A stretch of DNA of 62,623 bases, filler included, from Diploschistes diacapsis (lineage: Eukaryota), in the NCBI GenBank assembly GCA_023645945.1. It is 14 parts of 14 records of this genome, joined end to end, with 100 filler letters (N's around TTAATTAATTAA, not from the genome) between each part and the next. Parts side by side here need not be neighbours in the genome. Positions count along the whole stretch, not along the records: positions 36,019 to 40,394 come from JALAIB010001719.1; positions 40,495 to 44,849 come from JALAIB010001720.1; positions 44,950 to 49,299 come from JALAIB010001721.1; positions 49,400 to 53,747 come from JALAIB010001722.1; 10 more parts are not named here. The stretch is one strand, 5' to 3'. Below are positions 39,277 to 51,713 of the stretch, piece by piece. Made by a program: the position numbers and the translations under genes. The notes beneath the pieces were generated by a model that was given only the letters and a program-made list of their open reading frames with translations, had not been told where the DNA came from and did not search any database. The first letter of the stretch is position 1, and every line of letters starts with the position of its first letter.

Positions 39277-40170
39277 ATGGTCTACTATTTCACCTCCACC
39301 ACCACCGACCCCCCAGCAACGATATACGTCGGCAAGGACAAGGTCGAGAGTGAGTAGGCTGTACAGACTGAAGCCATCCCAGCTTTTTGTGGTAGGAGTC
39401 GATTAACGAGCCTTCGTGTGAATAGACGAGGAATTAATTAAATATGGATGGGAGGAGGACGTGTGGTGCGTAACGAGCACACTTCTTCTTATCTTTGACC
39501 ACTGCCTTGCTAAATATACTGACGCTCTATACAGGGTTCGTCTAACCCCCTTCCAGAACATCCCCAGCACCGAGCAGGGAAGCGGGAACTGCACCTCGTC
39601 CAGTCCTTCTACGTCCAACATGTCCACCAGCCATGCATAATCGCGCGACCTCCGCCAGCAGCAAGCAGCATCTAAAGCAACGCCCGTGGTATCACAAGCG
39701 CTGATCAATCCCTATCGCTGACTGTGGAGCTAGTTCCACGCCGACAACCTCTCCTCCGCGCACATCTACCTCCGGCTGCAGGACGGCCAGGTCTGGGACC
39801 AGTTACCGAAGGATTTGCTGGAGGACTGCGCGCAGCTGACGAAGGCGAATTCGATTGAGGGTATGTTTGCTGTCAGATTTACTCTCTGCGCTCTGTCTGT
39901 CGTCTTGCCCCCTTGGCAAAAGGATACGTCGGGCGGGGGCTGTGGGAGGGAGCATTTGGTCTTTTTATATTTCCCGGGCTGTGGCAGTGATGGACAGTGC
40001 TGAGCCGTAATGAGTCTAGAACCTGATTGAAGGAGCTTTTGCTGATAAATCTCTTTTTGGGCGCAGGAAACAAAAGGGATAATGTGACGATCATCTACAC
40101 GCCATGGTCGAATCTGAAGAAGGATGGGTCGATGGCGGTCGGGCAGGTGGGATTTCATGACCAGAAGCTG
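39277..40170 (+). CDS. JLP2: CCDC25/Jlp2 (NFACT-R/DUF814), exons 39277-39349, 39426-39465, 39535 (1 nt), 39734-39860, 40067-40170; 3' truncated
   Basis: [88 protein letters not shown]. Confidence 0.92.
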
Positions 40171-40494
40171 GTAAGTACCAAGAGTGTGCACACGTGAAGT
40201 GTTGCAGGTCTATGGCTGCGATGGGAGTCTGCTATTCTACCAACAGCGCCGTCATCGTCACTACCACCATACCATCACCACCACCACCCAGCATCACCCT
40301 CTAATCTCTGTCTTCCGGTCTCACCAATTGCAGCTCTCTCCTCCTTTTTTTGGTACTATCTATCCAAGTCTACCCAGTACCTCTGTCATCACCCNNNNNN
40401 NNNNNNNNNNNNNNNNNNNNNNNNNNNNNNNNNNNNNNTTAATTAATTAANNNNNNNNNNNNNNNNNNNNNNNNNNNNNNNNNNNNNNNNNNNN

Positions 40495-40690
40495 TGGCAA
40501 AAGTGGCCGTGATGGGGGGGTGGCCGAGATGACCGTGAAACACGTTATGATAGATAATTAATTAAAAAGTAATATTTTGGAAAAAAAATTAAAAATAATG
40601 ATTAGTTTCGAAGAATTATTGAAGATTTAAACTATTTCTTGGCTAAGTGGCCGGAATCTGGGCGTGGCCGGAATCCCCGTGAAACATAAA
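40495..40690. mobile_element. Two tandem pogo/Fot1-type terminal remnants
   Basis: aagtggccg..gtggccg..ccgtgaaaca occurs at ~40500-40547 and ~40644-40688 around AT-rich filler. Confidence 0.5.
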
Positions 40691-40859
40691 AATGATTTTA
40701 TAACTTTTATGAAAATTATTAACGTGCGTTTCGAATCTGCGATCGTTCCGACTGGCCGATCTGATACTTCATCTCCGATACTTTTAGCCACCCGGCTGCT
40801 CCCTATCCTGGCCAGAACCTGTGCCATTTTTTGTGCTAGAAGCTGTTGAAGTAGGAAAG

Positions 40860-42124
40860 ATGCCTATGAGCCCGTACACCAGCAAGGTTAGCGTCTACGA
40901 GAAATACAAGGTCATCGGCTTCATCAGCAGCGGAACTTATGGCCGAGTATACAAAGCTGTAAGCCGTAAAGGCTTGCCCGGAGAGTTTGCCATCAAAAAG
41001 TAAGTCTCATCGCCCCGACTTGGGATTGGGATGCTCACCGGGCCAGATTCAAGCCCGACAAGGAAGGTGAGACCATTCAGTACACGGGGATCTCGCAGTC
41101 GGCATGCCGTGAAATGGCACTATGCACTGAACTTTCCAATCCAAATATTATCAATCTGGTAGAGATCATCCTCGAGGACAAGTGTATCTTTATGGTGTTC
41201 GAGTATGCTGAACACGATCTCCTCCAGATCATCCACCATCATATACAGCCTCCGCGACAGCCAATACCATCTTCAATGATCAAGTCTGTCCTATTCCAGA
41301 TCCTCAACGGGCTGCACTATCTACATGCTAGTTGGGTGCTCCATCGTGATCTCAAACCAGCCAACATCATGGTTACCTCCAGGGGAGAGGCACGAATCGG
41401 TGACTTGGGTCTTGCTCGTCTATTTTATAAACCCCTCAACTCACTTTTCAGCGGCGATAAAGTGGTTGTTACTATCTGGTATAGGGCTCCGGAGCTCCTT
41501 CTTGGAAGCCGCCATTACACTCCAGCTGTCGACTTATGGGCCGTAGGCTGCATATTCGCCGAGCTACTGTCGCTACGACCAATCTTCAAGGGGGAAGAGG
41601 CGAAGATGGACAGTAAGAAGACGGTACCGTTCCAAAGGCATCAGATGCAGAAGATCGTCGAAATCATGGGAATGCCAACGCGAGAGCGTTGGCCAAATCT
41701 AGTCCATCAGCCAGAGTACTCACAGCTTTCTACGCTCTCCTATGGTTCGAGGGACTTGCCACATGGCACATCCTCGCTTCTCGAGAAGTGGTACTGGAAT
41801 ACACTCAAGAGTGCTGGGTACTCGGAGTCAACACAGGCTGGCCATCCAGGAACTCACGGATACGAACTCCTGTCGAACCTCCTGGAATACGATCCGGAAA
41901 AGCGACTCACTGCGCGACAGGCTCTGGACCATCCCTACTTTGTTTCACCAGGCGAGAAGGACGTTAGTGTCAACTGCTTTGAAGGAATAAGTACTCAGTA
42001 TCCCGCAAGGAGAGTAAGCTCTGAAGACAACGATATCCGGACCGGGAGCTTGCCTGGGACGAAACGAAGCGGCCTACCTGACGACAGTTATGCTAGGTCG
42101 CAGAAGAAAATGAAGGACGGATGA
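40860..42124 (+). CDS. SSN3: Mediator kinase CDK8/Srb10; intron 41000-41046
   Basis: GFISSGTYGRVYKA, GISQSACREMALC, HRDLKPANIMV, GDKVVVTIWYRAPELLLGSRHYT. Confidence 0.96.
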
Positions 42125-43597
42125 AGCATTCATTGATCTATTGAAAACAGTCGCAGCATCCAAGCCAAAAGATAAGCCTGGTGTGTAGATGGAGGTCTGC
42201 TCGACAGTCATCTATTACCGGCGGACAGCCCGTCGACAGTGTTCTATTTCTTGTATAATAGGACACCGAAAACGCAACTGGTACCCAGCTACTTGCCCTT
42301 TTGTACGGCCCTGCTAGACTATGGAGCCAAGAGTGAACGATACTCGAAGTACAAGAAATGTGTCTCTTACTGTCCGGGTAGCGAGCTGCACCAAGGAATC
42401 GAGCAACTGTCCTAGCTGGTAGTGGTTATTCAGAACCTTCTCGGATCACTGCCGTTAGTTCAGGAGATACGTGCAACGACTCGAGCGGTAAGGTATGGTA
42501 AGATGGAAGAGCTGTTTGAGAGCTCCTGGAAGTTAATCCTCTGCGTTTGCTGGGAGCCCTTAGGATCTCACATGTACCACATTCTTAGCGGTACAGAGTA
42601 GCAACCAACCTTTTGTGCGTGCTTGCCTTCAAGATGGCGGAATCTGCTGCCAAGAACAACTGGCCAGTCAAGCAATATTAAGAATAATCTGCACACCCAA
42701 CACCTTTTCGGCCACTTTAGGCCGACACAAGAGCTCGAAAGGTGCTCGAAAGGTGCTTCAGATCAATTATAAGACAATCCTGAAAGTTCTGGGAAGAGCT
42801 CAAGTAGCTCAGGTCCAGTCCGTACCTGACCTGAAGCATCCGTAAAGTTCTTGTATAGGCACGAAGTGGTGGAAGAAATGTGTGGTGTGCAATTCTTAAC
42901 ATCGCTTGCCAGTTACCTCCCTCTTTCGGCCGCTCTGTGAGAAAGGCAGACCCTTAACCCCTTTTCACTTGTATAGACACATGCTTATTCCCGTTTCATC
43001 CATCGTTTCGGGTATCAGAATCGGTAGCGCGATATCTTGCCAATGTATCTTCTGCGACATGCATTCTAGCTGGCAGACGAGGGTCTGAATGTGGAGTAGC
43101 AAAAACGGCTTTCTACGGGCTGTCATCAAATATGGAACTGCCGTGATGATGCTCCTTACTCCACCATCCTCAACATATCGCCTGCCGATAGTCGATCCAA
43201 CAGCTAGCCGGATTATCTCCAAACGTTTGCATCTGAGAATCATGCGTATGTACATAACTTCTTTGCTGCTTCTCAACTAACAATGGCTGCCTCACATTCA
43301 GTAACGTTTATGAGACTTTCAGGGTGTGGAAGGAGGAGCACAAGCATGTTGTCATCGTCTCAGCTCTCACCTATAGTATGTGGACCAACTCGCGTTTTAG
43401 GAGGTTAGAAAGTTTTATCTACATCAAAATGCGGTCTTCTGTCAGAAACAAAGCGTGCTACCCGCCGAACCTGTAGTGGCTTGCCAGCATCGATCCACTC
43501 TCCTAAGTCAAGACGAGATTAGTAGAAACTCAAATGTCTTGTATGGGATTAGACCAAGAACATTAAGATAGTTACGAAGCTTGCCATCTCCATCAAC

Positions 43598-44849
43598 GTG
43601 ACTTCGGAACGATTAGAGCTTCAGCGCAACCCTCCCTTTAGGGCCGACCACCTTGGGTCTTTGCTCCGTCCTGAAAGCTTGTTGAAGACCAGAGACGCGG
43701 TTGACAAAGGCAAAGCTACTGATGAAGAGCCATCGAAATTAGAAGATCAAGCCACCGATGAGATCGTTGAAACGCAGCTCAAGTTAGGCTTCCACGCCAT
43801 AACAGATGGAGAGTATAGAAGGCATAGTAAGCATTGCTAGCGAAGTGCCTTGTAACCCCGGATATTCAGCATTCGAATCATTTACGCCTACCTATATACC
43901 CATCATCACTCGTTTAGTCGTTGCACACACCGTCCTACAGTGTTTTGGGGCAGCTTCTGGTCCGGTCTTGACCGATACCAAGAGATCAAGAACCCCGACC
44001 CAGATATTTTCCGCATGTACCTACCCGACATTGCCGGATTCCAGGAGGAAAACTTCAAACCAGGGGAGAGCATGATTTTCACCCGCAAGATCAAGTACGT
44101 CGGCAGCACATACATCAAACAACTTGAGCACCTCGAATCACGGGTCCCACGGAGAGACACAGCGAGCTGAAGCTCACGCTCGCACACCCAACTTGTATCA
44201 CCTGCGGTACAAGGAAGGCAGAGGATACCCCAAGAGCGCGTACGCTAACGACAAGTAGTATTTCGCCGACATCGCCAAAGCCTACCAAAGCCGAGCTCCA
44301 GGAGCTCTACGACCATGGTCTGTTGAGCGTGCAATTCGACGACCCTAACCTAGCGTGTAAGTTCAACTCACATCAACCGGCACTCGCGCCCCTTGACCGC
44401 TGATTTCCGTACTGGATTTCTGCTCCGAGCCCATGCTCGTCGGCTGGAGATCCGGACCCCCTTCAACACCCAAAGAACCGACGAGCTGCCGGACGAGTAA
44501 ATCGCCCTCCACAACGCCCTGCATCGCCGGGCGCCCCCGCCGACATGCACGTCGGCGTGCACCTCTGCCGCGGCAACTTCGTTCAGTCGCGGCACTTCTC
44601 CGAGGGGCGGCTACGACCGCATCGCCACGAAGCTCTTTCGCAACCTCAACGTGAACACGTACTACCTCGAGTACAGTACGGTACGCTGCGCGCGGGCGGG
44701 CGGGTTCGAGCCGTTTAAGGAGCTACCGCGGACTCAGAATGTGATTGTGGGCGCGATCACGAGCAAAGTTTCCGAGGTTGGAGGATTTGGGGGAGATGAG
44801 GGAGAGTGTGTTCCGGGCGGCGGCGGATCGTGTGGCGGAGGGGGAATGG
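43598..44849 (+). pseudogene. Cobalamin-independent methionine synthase catalytic-domain (Meth_synt_2) homolog, disrupted
   Basis: PPFRADHLGSLLRP, ITDGEYRRH|MFW, VQFDDPNLA, HLCRGNF, YYLEY; in-frame stops at 44168, 44256 and 44498, several frameshifts, no ATG. Confidence 0.85.
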
Positions 44850-45035
44850 NNNNNNNNNNNNNNNNNNNNNNNNNNNNNNNNNNNNNNNNNNNNTTAATTA
44901 ATTAANNNNNNNNNNNNNNNNNNNNNNNNNNNNNNNNNNNNNNNNNNNNATTTTTATTATTAAAAGAGCCTTCTTTCTAAAAACAATCTAAGATTTATAA
45001 TTATTCTATCTTCTTGTCCTGCCATACTCCTCTTC

Positions 45036-45444
45036 TAACAGAAACTAAACCCACCTTGATCCTACTCGTGTATACCTTGTATAGATAGAAATCATAATAT
45101 CTAAATAATAATTAAAAATATTTATAAAAATAAATATATCTTTTTTTACGAAGGTAAAGCCGTGTTTATATATAATTAACTCGCTCGCCGTTTATTATAA
45201 ATTTAACGAGCGGTGTCCTCGAAATTCGTCGTTTACGAGAATAAACGCGATTATCGAGCGATAACGAAAGCTTATTCGCCGCTTACGAGAATAAATGCGA
45301 GAAATAAGCGTATCACGTGACTCCTGGTCCCGTAATTAACCTATATATAAAGCTGGGACGTGCCAAGTCTAGTACTTAGATCGTAACACAAACCCACCTT
45401 GATCAATACCTCGTGTCTACGTTGTAAAGATAGAGATCATAACA
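45036..45444 (+). mobile_element. RIP-mutated solo-LTR-like sequence; two direct copies of an LTR 3' end (~45036-45102 and ~45384-45444)
   Basis: aaacccaccttgatc...ctcgtgt...agatag.atcataa repeated; second copy ends in ..TAACA and follows TATATATAAG. Confidence 0.55.
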
Positions 45445-45664
45445 CCAGACCCATAAAGAAGTTCCGTATAGAAAGCAGTTGCTGTGCTGCTGAATCCTCC
45501 CAATAACGCTTCGAAACAGTAGCTTTTAGTAGATATCTAGCTATACTCAGTTTCACCCGCGAATTTACACAATCCTAAGTACCTATACAAAAACGCAGCA
45601 GTGGCTGTTGCCTGTCGTTTTGCTCCTTCTCTGATATGATATGTTGCCTCAGGACCCAGCCCTA

Positions 45665-45780
45665 GGCTTCACTCTAAGCCGAGTTTAGGTTAGCGGGTGC
45701 TGACTCACTCGTCAGCTGCTATTATTGACCCAAAGGGGCTAAGTGCTAAAAACTAACCTAAAAAGGCTTAGTCTCAAGCC
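45665..45780. repeat. ~28-bp imperfect inverted repeat pair enclosing ~60 bp (MITE-like)
   Basis: ggcttcactctaagccgagtttaggttag vs ctaacctaaaaaggcttagtctcaagcc. Confidence 0.5.
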
Positions 45781-46167
45781 GGCGCCAGCCCGCGCGCAAC
45801 TAGCGCTCCAGGGTCATAGTCTGATTTACCCGCAACATAATTGGTACGAACGAACAGAAAATCATTGAAGCAAGTTCCGTGAGAGGCTTTCGTGCATGCC
45901 CATTCAGACCTCTTTCGCCCCTTACAGGCAGGTGTTATTTTCCTTTCACCGTTATCTGTGTCATGCGTTCTTCGAGGTATTCCTGTTTCGTATCATAGGA
46001 ACGTGGTTAATCTCTTCATTATATTAAGCCGTACACATCCGAGAAGGTTATCAACTTTAGATATACCCATTCCAGGGCGGAACACACGAAGCAGGCTACG
46101 CCAGATCTCCACAGAGCGCAGCCCGGTCTTGCAACTGAATAAATTTGAAGGCACCACAACGCTCACT

Positions 46168-46981
46168 ATGGCGAACCCAGAGAATCCAGCCTCCTCTCCG
46201 GGACACTATGCTTTCCCCGATGCCAAGCTCAAGCAAAAACTTAGCAACCAGGCAAAGAAGCCGCTTGTGCTTGTCGCCTGCGGCTCTTTCTCACCAATAA
46301 CCTACCTCCACTTAAGAATGTTTGAAATGGCAAGCGACTACGTCAGGCTGCATACGGATTTCGAGGTAGTGGGCTGCTTCATCTCTCCCGTTTCGGATGC
46401 ATACAAGAAGAAGGGCCTTGCTTCCGCGCAACATAGGTATGGCCCCTCCAGCTAGCATAGAGAGGAGGGCTTACTATATCTCAAGGTTAGCAATGTGTGA
46501 GATGGCGCTCGAACATAGCCCTCTCCTCATGGTCGATGTCTGGGAGGCGCTGAAGCCCGAATATACGCCCACGGCACAAGTCCTCGACCACTTGGACCAC
46601 GAACTCAACGTCGTCCGTAACGGCATCAAGGTCGCCTCAGGCGAGAGCCAGAAAGTCCAGATCTCCCTCCTTGCCGGCGGTGACCTAATCGAGACGTTCC
46701 TCACGCCGGGTGTGTGGGCGGAGACGGATCTCTACCACATTCTAGAGCGATATGGCGCCTTCGTGATCGAGCGGTCAGGGACGGACCTCAAGCAAGCAGT
46801 GTCAAAACTGAAGCAGCCGACGGATAAGATTCATACGGTGCCGCAGGAGATTAGGAATGACATCAGCAGCACGAAGATCAGAGAGTTCATTAGTAAGGGA
46901 TTGAGCGTACATTACCTTATTCCACCAAACGTGGTAGAGTATGTCGATAAACATGGGTTGTATCGTGAGCCGAAACCGTAG
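46168..46981 (+). CDS. NMA1: Nicotinamide/nicotinate mononucleotide adenylyltransferase (NMNAT); intron 46437-46485
   Basis: VACGSFSPITYLHLRMFEMA, SPVSDAYKKKGL, LLAGGDL, NDISSTKIR. Confidence 0.94.
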
Positions 46982-47650
46982 AGCGAGACAGGGTTGAGGG
47001 AGTTCGGAAAAGGAATAAAATCCATTTGTCTCAGGAGCATTATCTGCTCCGCTCATTCTTCATATAAATACTTTAGGGCTGATAATTATTTTGCGTGTAT
47101 ACGTTAAATTAGGTGTTATATACATTAATATATGTATTTCCTTTAATAATTCTTAAGTTGTTTAATAGCGTATATAAGTTTTATTTTCTTCCAGGGGAGG
47201 GTTAGTACCTTGACTTCTGATGATGAACGTGGTAACGTACTCGGACAGGTCATGCTCCTCTTCCTTAGCTGTACATGGATAGCCCTTGTCGATACTGTAG
47301 GTTGTCTTACCAGGCCTCCGTGGACAACCACGCATCTTCCCTAGACAATATACCCCATACTATGTTATAATACGAATTATGTTGAGTTTGTAAGCCTTGT
47401 TGCAACCTCCTTGACTATGTCGAGTTCGAAAATAATCGGAAGTTATCGGTCGCGACTCATCACTGTGACGTCAGTTCAGCACCCATCAGCTACCTCGCAG
47501 CAGCAGCTCCAATATAATCTCTATCACGCACAATCAACCAGAGCACATATACTCGTCCCTCCAGCTCCAAACCCTATTTTTCCTTCTAAGTTGTCATTAC
47601 ACCACCCATCCTCCCTTTCACTACCCTCACCGCCAGCAACGAAATCGACC

Positions 47651-48295
47651 ATGTCCCGTTTCCTCACCTCTCGCTCCCTCCGAACCGCCTTCTCCCCTCG
47701 TCTCCACGGTCTTCCAGCCAGCCGCTCATCCCGACCGCTGTCGACGTCATTGGCGAGACAGTACCCGCGCAAAGACTCCCAGGATAGAGAGTCCATGAAC
47801 ACGGACGCTGCCGAGTACTCGAAATCCGGCTCGGATGATATCGCGGCTCACAAGGACGTTGCGTTCGACTCGGGGACTGTGAAGCCGGAGGAGGCGTTGG
47901 GGAAGGCGGAGGAGGAGGAGGTTCGTATATACATTCCTGCAACTTTTGTTACTCTTTACAGCTTTCTCTGGGTGCATTTTTCCGGATGCTCCCCAAGGCC
48001 ATGTGCCATCTTTTGAGCTTGTGCTATGCTTGCCCTCCTCTTGGCCTCTGTCTCTGCTACTAACCCTTTGCCGCGCGCTGAAGAACTTTCGAAGTTGTGT
48101 GCTGACTTTCGCGTGTGGCAGGGCGTTGGAAACCCGCTAGACGTGTCGCCTGCGAACCACGACGTTAGCAAACCGAGAGGAGATAACGAGGGAGCGCCGG
48201 AGGCGTCGGCCAGGGCGGTGGGGCAAGAAAGTGGATATCCGGGTGGGAGTGCTGGTGGGAGGGGGAGTCCTAGCAAGGGGAAGAAGATTACGTAG
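47651..48295 (+). CDS. Small conserved fungal protein with a mitochondrial-type presequence; intron 47921-48121
   Basis: Arg/Ser-rich N-terminus; KDSQDRESMNT..EYSKSGSDD..AFD..|NPLDVSPANHDVSKP. Confidence 0.7.
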
Positions 48296-48770
48296 TTGAG
48301 GGATGTGGAGGGTGAAGTCGCGGCTTGTCGTTGTGCTGGTGTATGAAGTGGAAAGAGGATAGGGCAGGTGACGTGTAGTGGGTGGGTCGACGAGAGGAGT
48401 TGAGAGGAGAAGGTACGACAAGGACATACTGGGCAGAAAGAAGGGCGGTGCATGCCGACGCAATGACTGTGTTGCGTAATGACCTGTCTAGAGCAGGTCG
48501 CGCATTGGAGCAAGTCACGTCTTTGATGGCCAGCAAGCCTCCTTAGGTTTTCAGTAAAACGTCCGAAGTTGATACACACAGAGTCCAACATTGACGCCGC
48601 AGTGTGTATCTTGTCTTTTCCTAAGCTCTCAACGGTGCAAGATGCTGGCATACCTTGTACAGGTGCCACACACAGCAGCATAACAAGGTCCAAATCCCCC
48701 AAAAGGTACCATGGTATTTTTTATATCCGCCTCTTTACATCTCAATCTCAACAACCCCCCCACCCCTCTC

Positions 48771-49299
48771 CTACTCCATCTCCTCGACCTGGACCCTAAC
48801 GTCCACATTCCCCCTCACCGCCCTGAAGTACGGACACACCTCCCGCGCCATGCTCACCACCCTCTCCAACCGCTCCCTGCCCATCCCCTTCACCGCGACC
48901 CTCATATCCACCCTGAGCCCCATGTCCAGCGCCTTCATGTCGCCGACCAGGTGCACGGTCGTCTCCACCACGCTGTCCTCGGCCCGGGCCGGCATCTCGT
49001 ACCCCAGCTGCAGCGCGCACGCGTTCATCGCCGACTGGAAGCACGCCCCGAACCCGCCCGCCAGCAGCTCCTCCGGGTTCGTCTTGCCCGCGTCGCCCGC
49101 CCCGCCCAGCGCCTTGGCCATGGTGAGCTGCAGCGAGAGCGTGTCGCCCTTTATGCGGCCCGTGCGCGCCCCGATGGCGGTCGCGTGGGCCGAGTACAGC
49201 GTCGGCGCGCTGGACGTGTTGAGGGCGCGGGAGAGGGCGCGGGAGGATAGGGAAGATAGCGGGGGGGTGGTGCGGCGGAGGAGGGGCAGGGTGGTGCGG
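48771..49299 (-). CDS. ohr: Organic hydroperoxide resistance protein (Ohr/OsmC family), 5' truncated
   Basis: LYSAHATAIGARTG, TNPEELLAGGFGACF, AREVCPY; Arg/Ser/Leu-rich leader. Confidence 0.9.
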
Positions 49300-49399
49300 N
49301 NNNNNNNNNNNNNNNNNNNNNNNNNNNNNNNNNNNNNNNNNNNTTAATTAATTAANNNNNNNNNNNNNNNNNNNNNNNNNNNNNNNNNNNNNNNNNNNN

Positions 49400-50650
49400 C
49401 CCCACGCTCCACCACCCCAGTCTCCACCGCCCAATCCTCCACCGCCCAATCCTCCACCACCGAACCCTCCACCGCCGAACCCTCCACCGCCGAACCCTCC
49501 GCCGCCGAACCCTCCACCACCAAACCCTCCACCGCCAAACCCTCGACCACCAAACCAGTCCAGCTCCGGAGTACCGCCCAGTGCTTCTGCCACTCCTGAA
49601 TCCTCAGGACCACCGCCTCGTCCTAAACCTAGCTGGACAAGATCGACGCCAGCTCCTGGAAGTGGCGCGGCCAACAGCGCGAAAACGGCATGGGAGAAAG
49701 CCAGGGAGGAAACGAGGAGGAAAGAGGAGCAACGCAAGAAAATCGAAGAGCTGCGGAAGAAGCGAGAAGAGGAGGAGAAGGAGCGTGTCAAACAGCGAGA
49801 GCGCGAAGCAAGGGAGCGTGAGATTCGTGAGCTGCGCGAAGCCCGTGAGAAGAGAGAGCGAGAGATCAAGGCAGCGAAAGAAGCCGAGCAGAGGGCCGAG
49901 CAGAGGGCTAGAGAGTTAAGGGAAAAGATAAGCGAGAGGATGAGCGAAAGAGCGAGCTCTCGGCCGTCGTCGCCAACAAAACCACGCCATCAGCAGCCAA
50001 GCGCCAAAACGGAGCCAGAGGAGGATGCCTACTCATTCCGACCGTACGACAAGCCCAAGGCTGCAACTGCCAAGTCAAGCGGTACCTCTTCCGTCTACTC
50101 GAGCTCGTACGCACCTTCGCAATCGACGGCTCGTTCTACGCCGCCGCCATCACATCGGGGGCCGTACCATACCAAGGACCCGGATAAGATCCAGCTCAAG
50201 GCCGTCTACTTGTTCAACAACACCTTTATGAAGCTCCCTATCGCGCAACTGGTCTCTGGCGTCGGTGCCGTCACGGACGGACTGATCCTGCGAATCACTA
50301 CGGAGGGTCTCTTTATAGACGACGACGTTCGAGGCGTTCCGCAACGCGAATGGGACGTCAAGGCTTGGACGATGAAGCTGGTGGAGGTAAGCGAATGAGC
50401 TTGACGACGAGTATGGTTCGCTGACACAGTTCCGCTAGACCGTCGAATACAAGGGCATCCACGTCGTCCGCGCAAGCATCCGCGACCAGGAAGGCAAGCG
50501 CTACGTCTTCATCCTGCAAGAAGAAGAGGGCTGGAAAGTGGCCGTGGGATTGCAGCGCTTGAGGAGGGGATCGCAGGTGAGAGCACTGGGAGTCAGCGGA
50601 CTGCCCATGAACGAAGCGAAGGCGATCCTGGAAAACATGGGTTGGGCGTG
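49400..50650 (+). CDS. C-terminal part of a conserved fungal protein: (PPPPN)n tract, charged coiled coil, globular C-terminal domain; intron 50387-50438
   Basis: AWEKAREETRRKEE; YHTKDPDKI..LILRITTEGLFIDDDVRGVPQREWDVKAWTMKLVE|..HVVRASIRDQEGKRYVF. Confidence 0.8.
49420..49555 (+). repeat. 15-bp coding minisatellite (~9 copies) encoding PPPPN
   Basis: Tandem cc(g/a)aaccctccacc(g/a) units. Confidence 0.9.
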
Positions 50651-51713
50651 AGGGCAATTGTGCTGTGGTTTACATTCCATTTGTCACGGGGAAAAGGGGG
50701 AAGGAATGTCCGAATTTCCCTCGCATACATCCTTTATGCATTTTCCGGGAACCAGGACCGAGAAAGAATACGAGAGAGTACGGTACGATCAGACACAGCA
50801 CAGCACAGCACAGCATGAGCGACGGAGTTTTATTCCCAGACATTCTTTTGTTTTTGTCCTTGTCTTTTGTTGACATATTACTGAATCGAGGAGCCAACAT
50901 ACCCCCCTCAGCAGCGTGGTAGATATGAGAGAGAATCATACGAGATGGGAGGTTAAGGTTTAGGTGAGATTGAGGGAATGACGCTTGTTGATAGAGAGGG
51001 AATGCAGATACATATTTAAGTCGGAACCGACGCGAAAACACTTGCCGGAGAATGAAATCGAAATCATATTGAATCCACACCTTCTGTATTGAGCGAGAAT
51101 TCACACGAGATGCGGAGGTACCGTAGCGTAGCATACCTTCACTACCTTCCACTGCTCGACTATCGCCCCTTGGAGCCATGAAGCTCTACTTATTGTCTTT
51201 CTGGCCCTGCGTTCCGTCCTATTCGGTAGCTGCTTGCTATGTGCCTCTATGTGGTAGATGAAAATACGTACATCACTCCTTATATAATCTATAATCACGC
51301 CTTCAGAGCTGGAGCTGTAGCGGATATGTGCAGAGTCCCATTCAGGTTCACTTCTCAGCCAACGACTTTAGCACAGTTCGTCTCACTGTGGCGGTCCAGT
51401 AGTTCGATATAGATAACCGCTATCTGATTTCGGCCTCAGGCCTCTCAGCTGGTTCTCCACCAGCCGCGTATGACTCTTTTCCGTGCGCACCCAGAAGATC
51501 GCAATGGAGCGGGGTTTGCGTGTACGCTATGGAGAGGGTGGAGACAGGAACTTTTCCCAATTGACCATGACATTGTTACTCTCCTCTGAACGGCCACAAA
51601 TTCTGATTGAGCGTGCCTCATTGTATCTCGGGGTCACGAAACCCTGATTGATAGGCTCTTTCGATCTCGAGCATTGGCTCCCCAGCATCGAGGCAACACG
51701 CCCCAAATCCACA

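Noticed and set aside
39984..40029. Possible intronic C/D snoRNA in the JLP2 intron (GTGATGG..CTGA..ATGA..CTGA)
   Set aside because: Only ~45 nt, imperfect C box, guide segments too short
42125..43590. Short ORFs between SSN3 and the pseudogene
   Set aside because: No motifs or coding bias evident
49348..49869. Gly-rich (GGGGF)n ORF on the minus strand
   Set aside because: Reverse complement of the PPPPN coding repeat of the plus-strand gene
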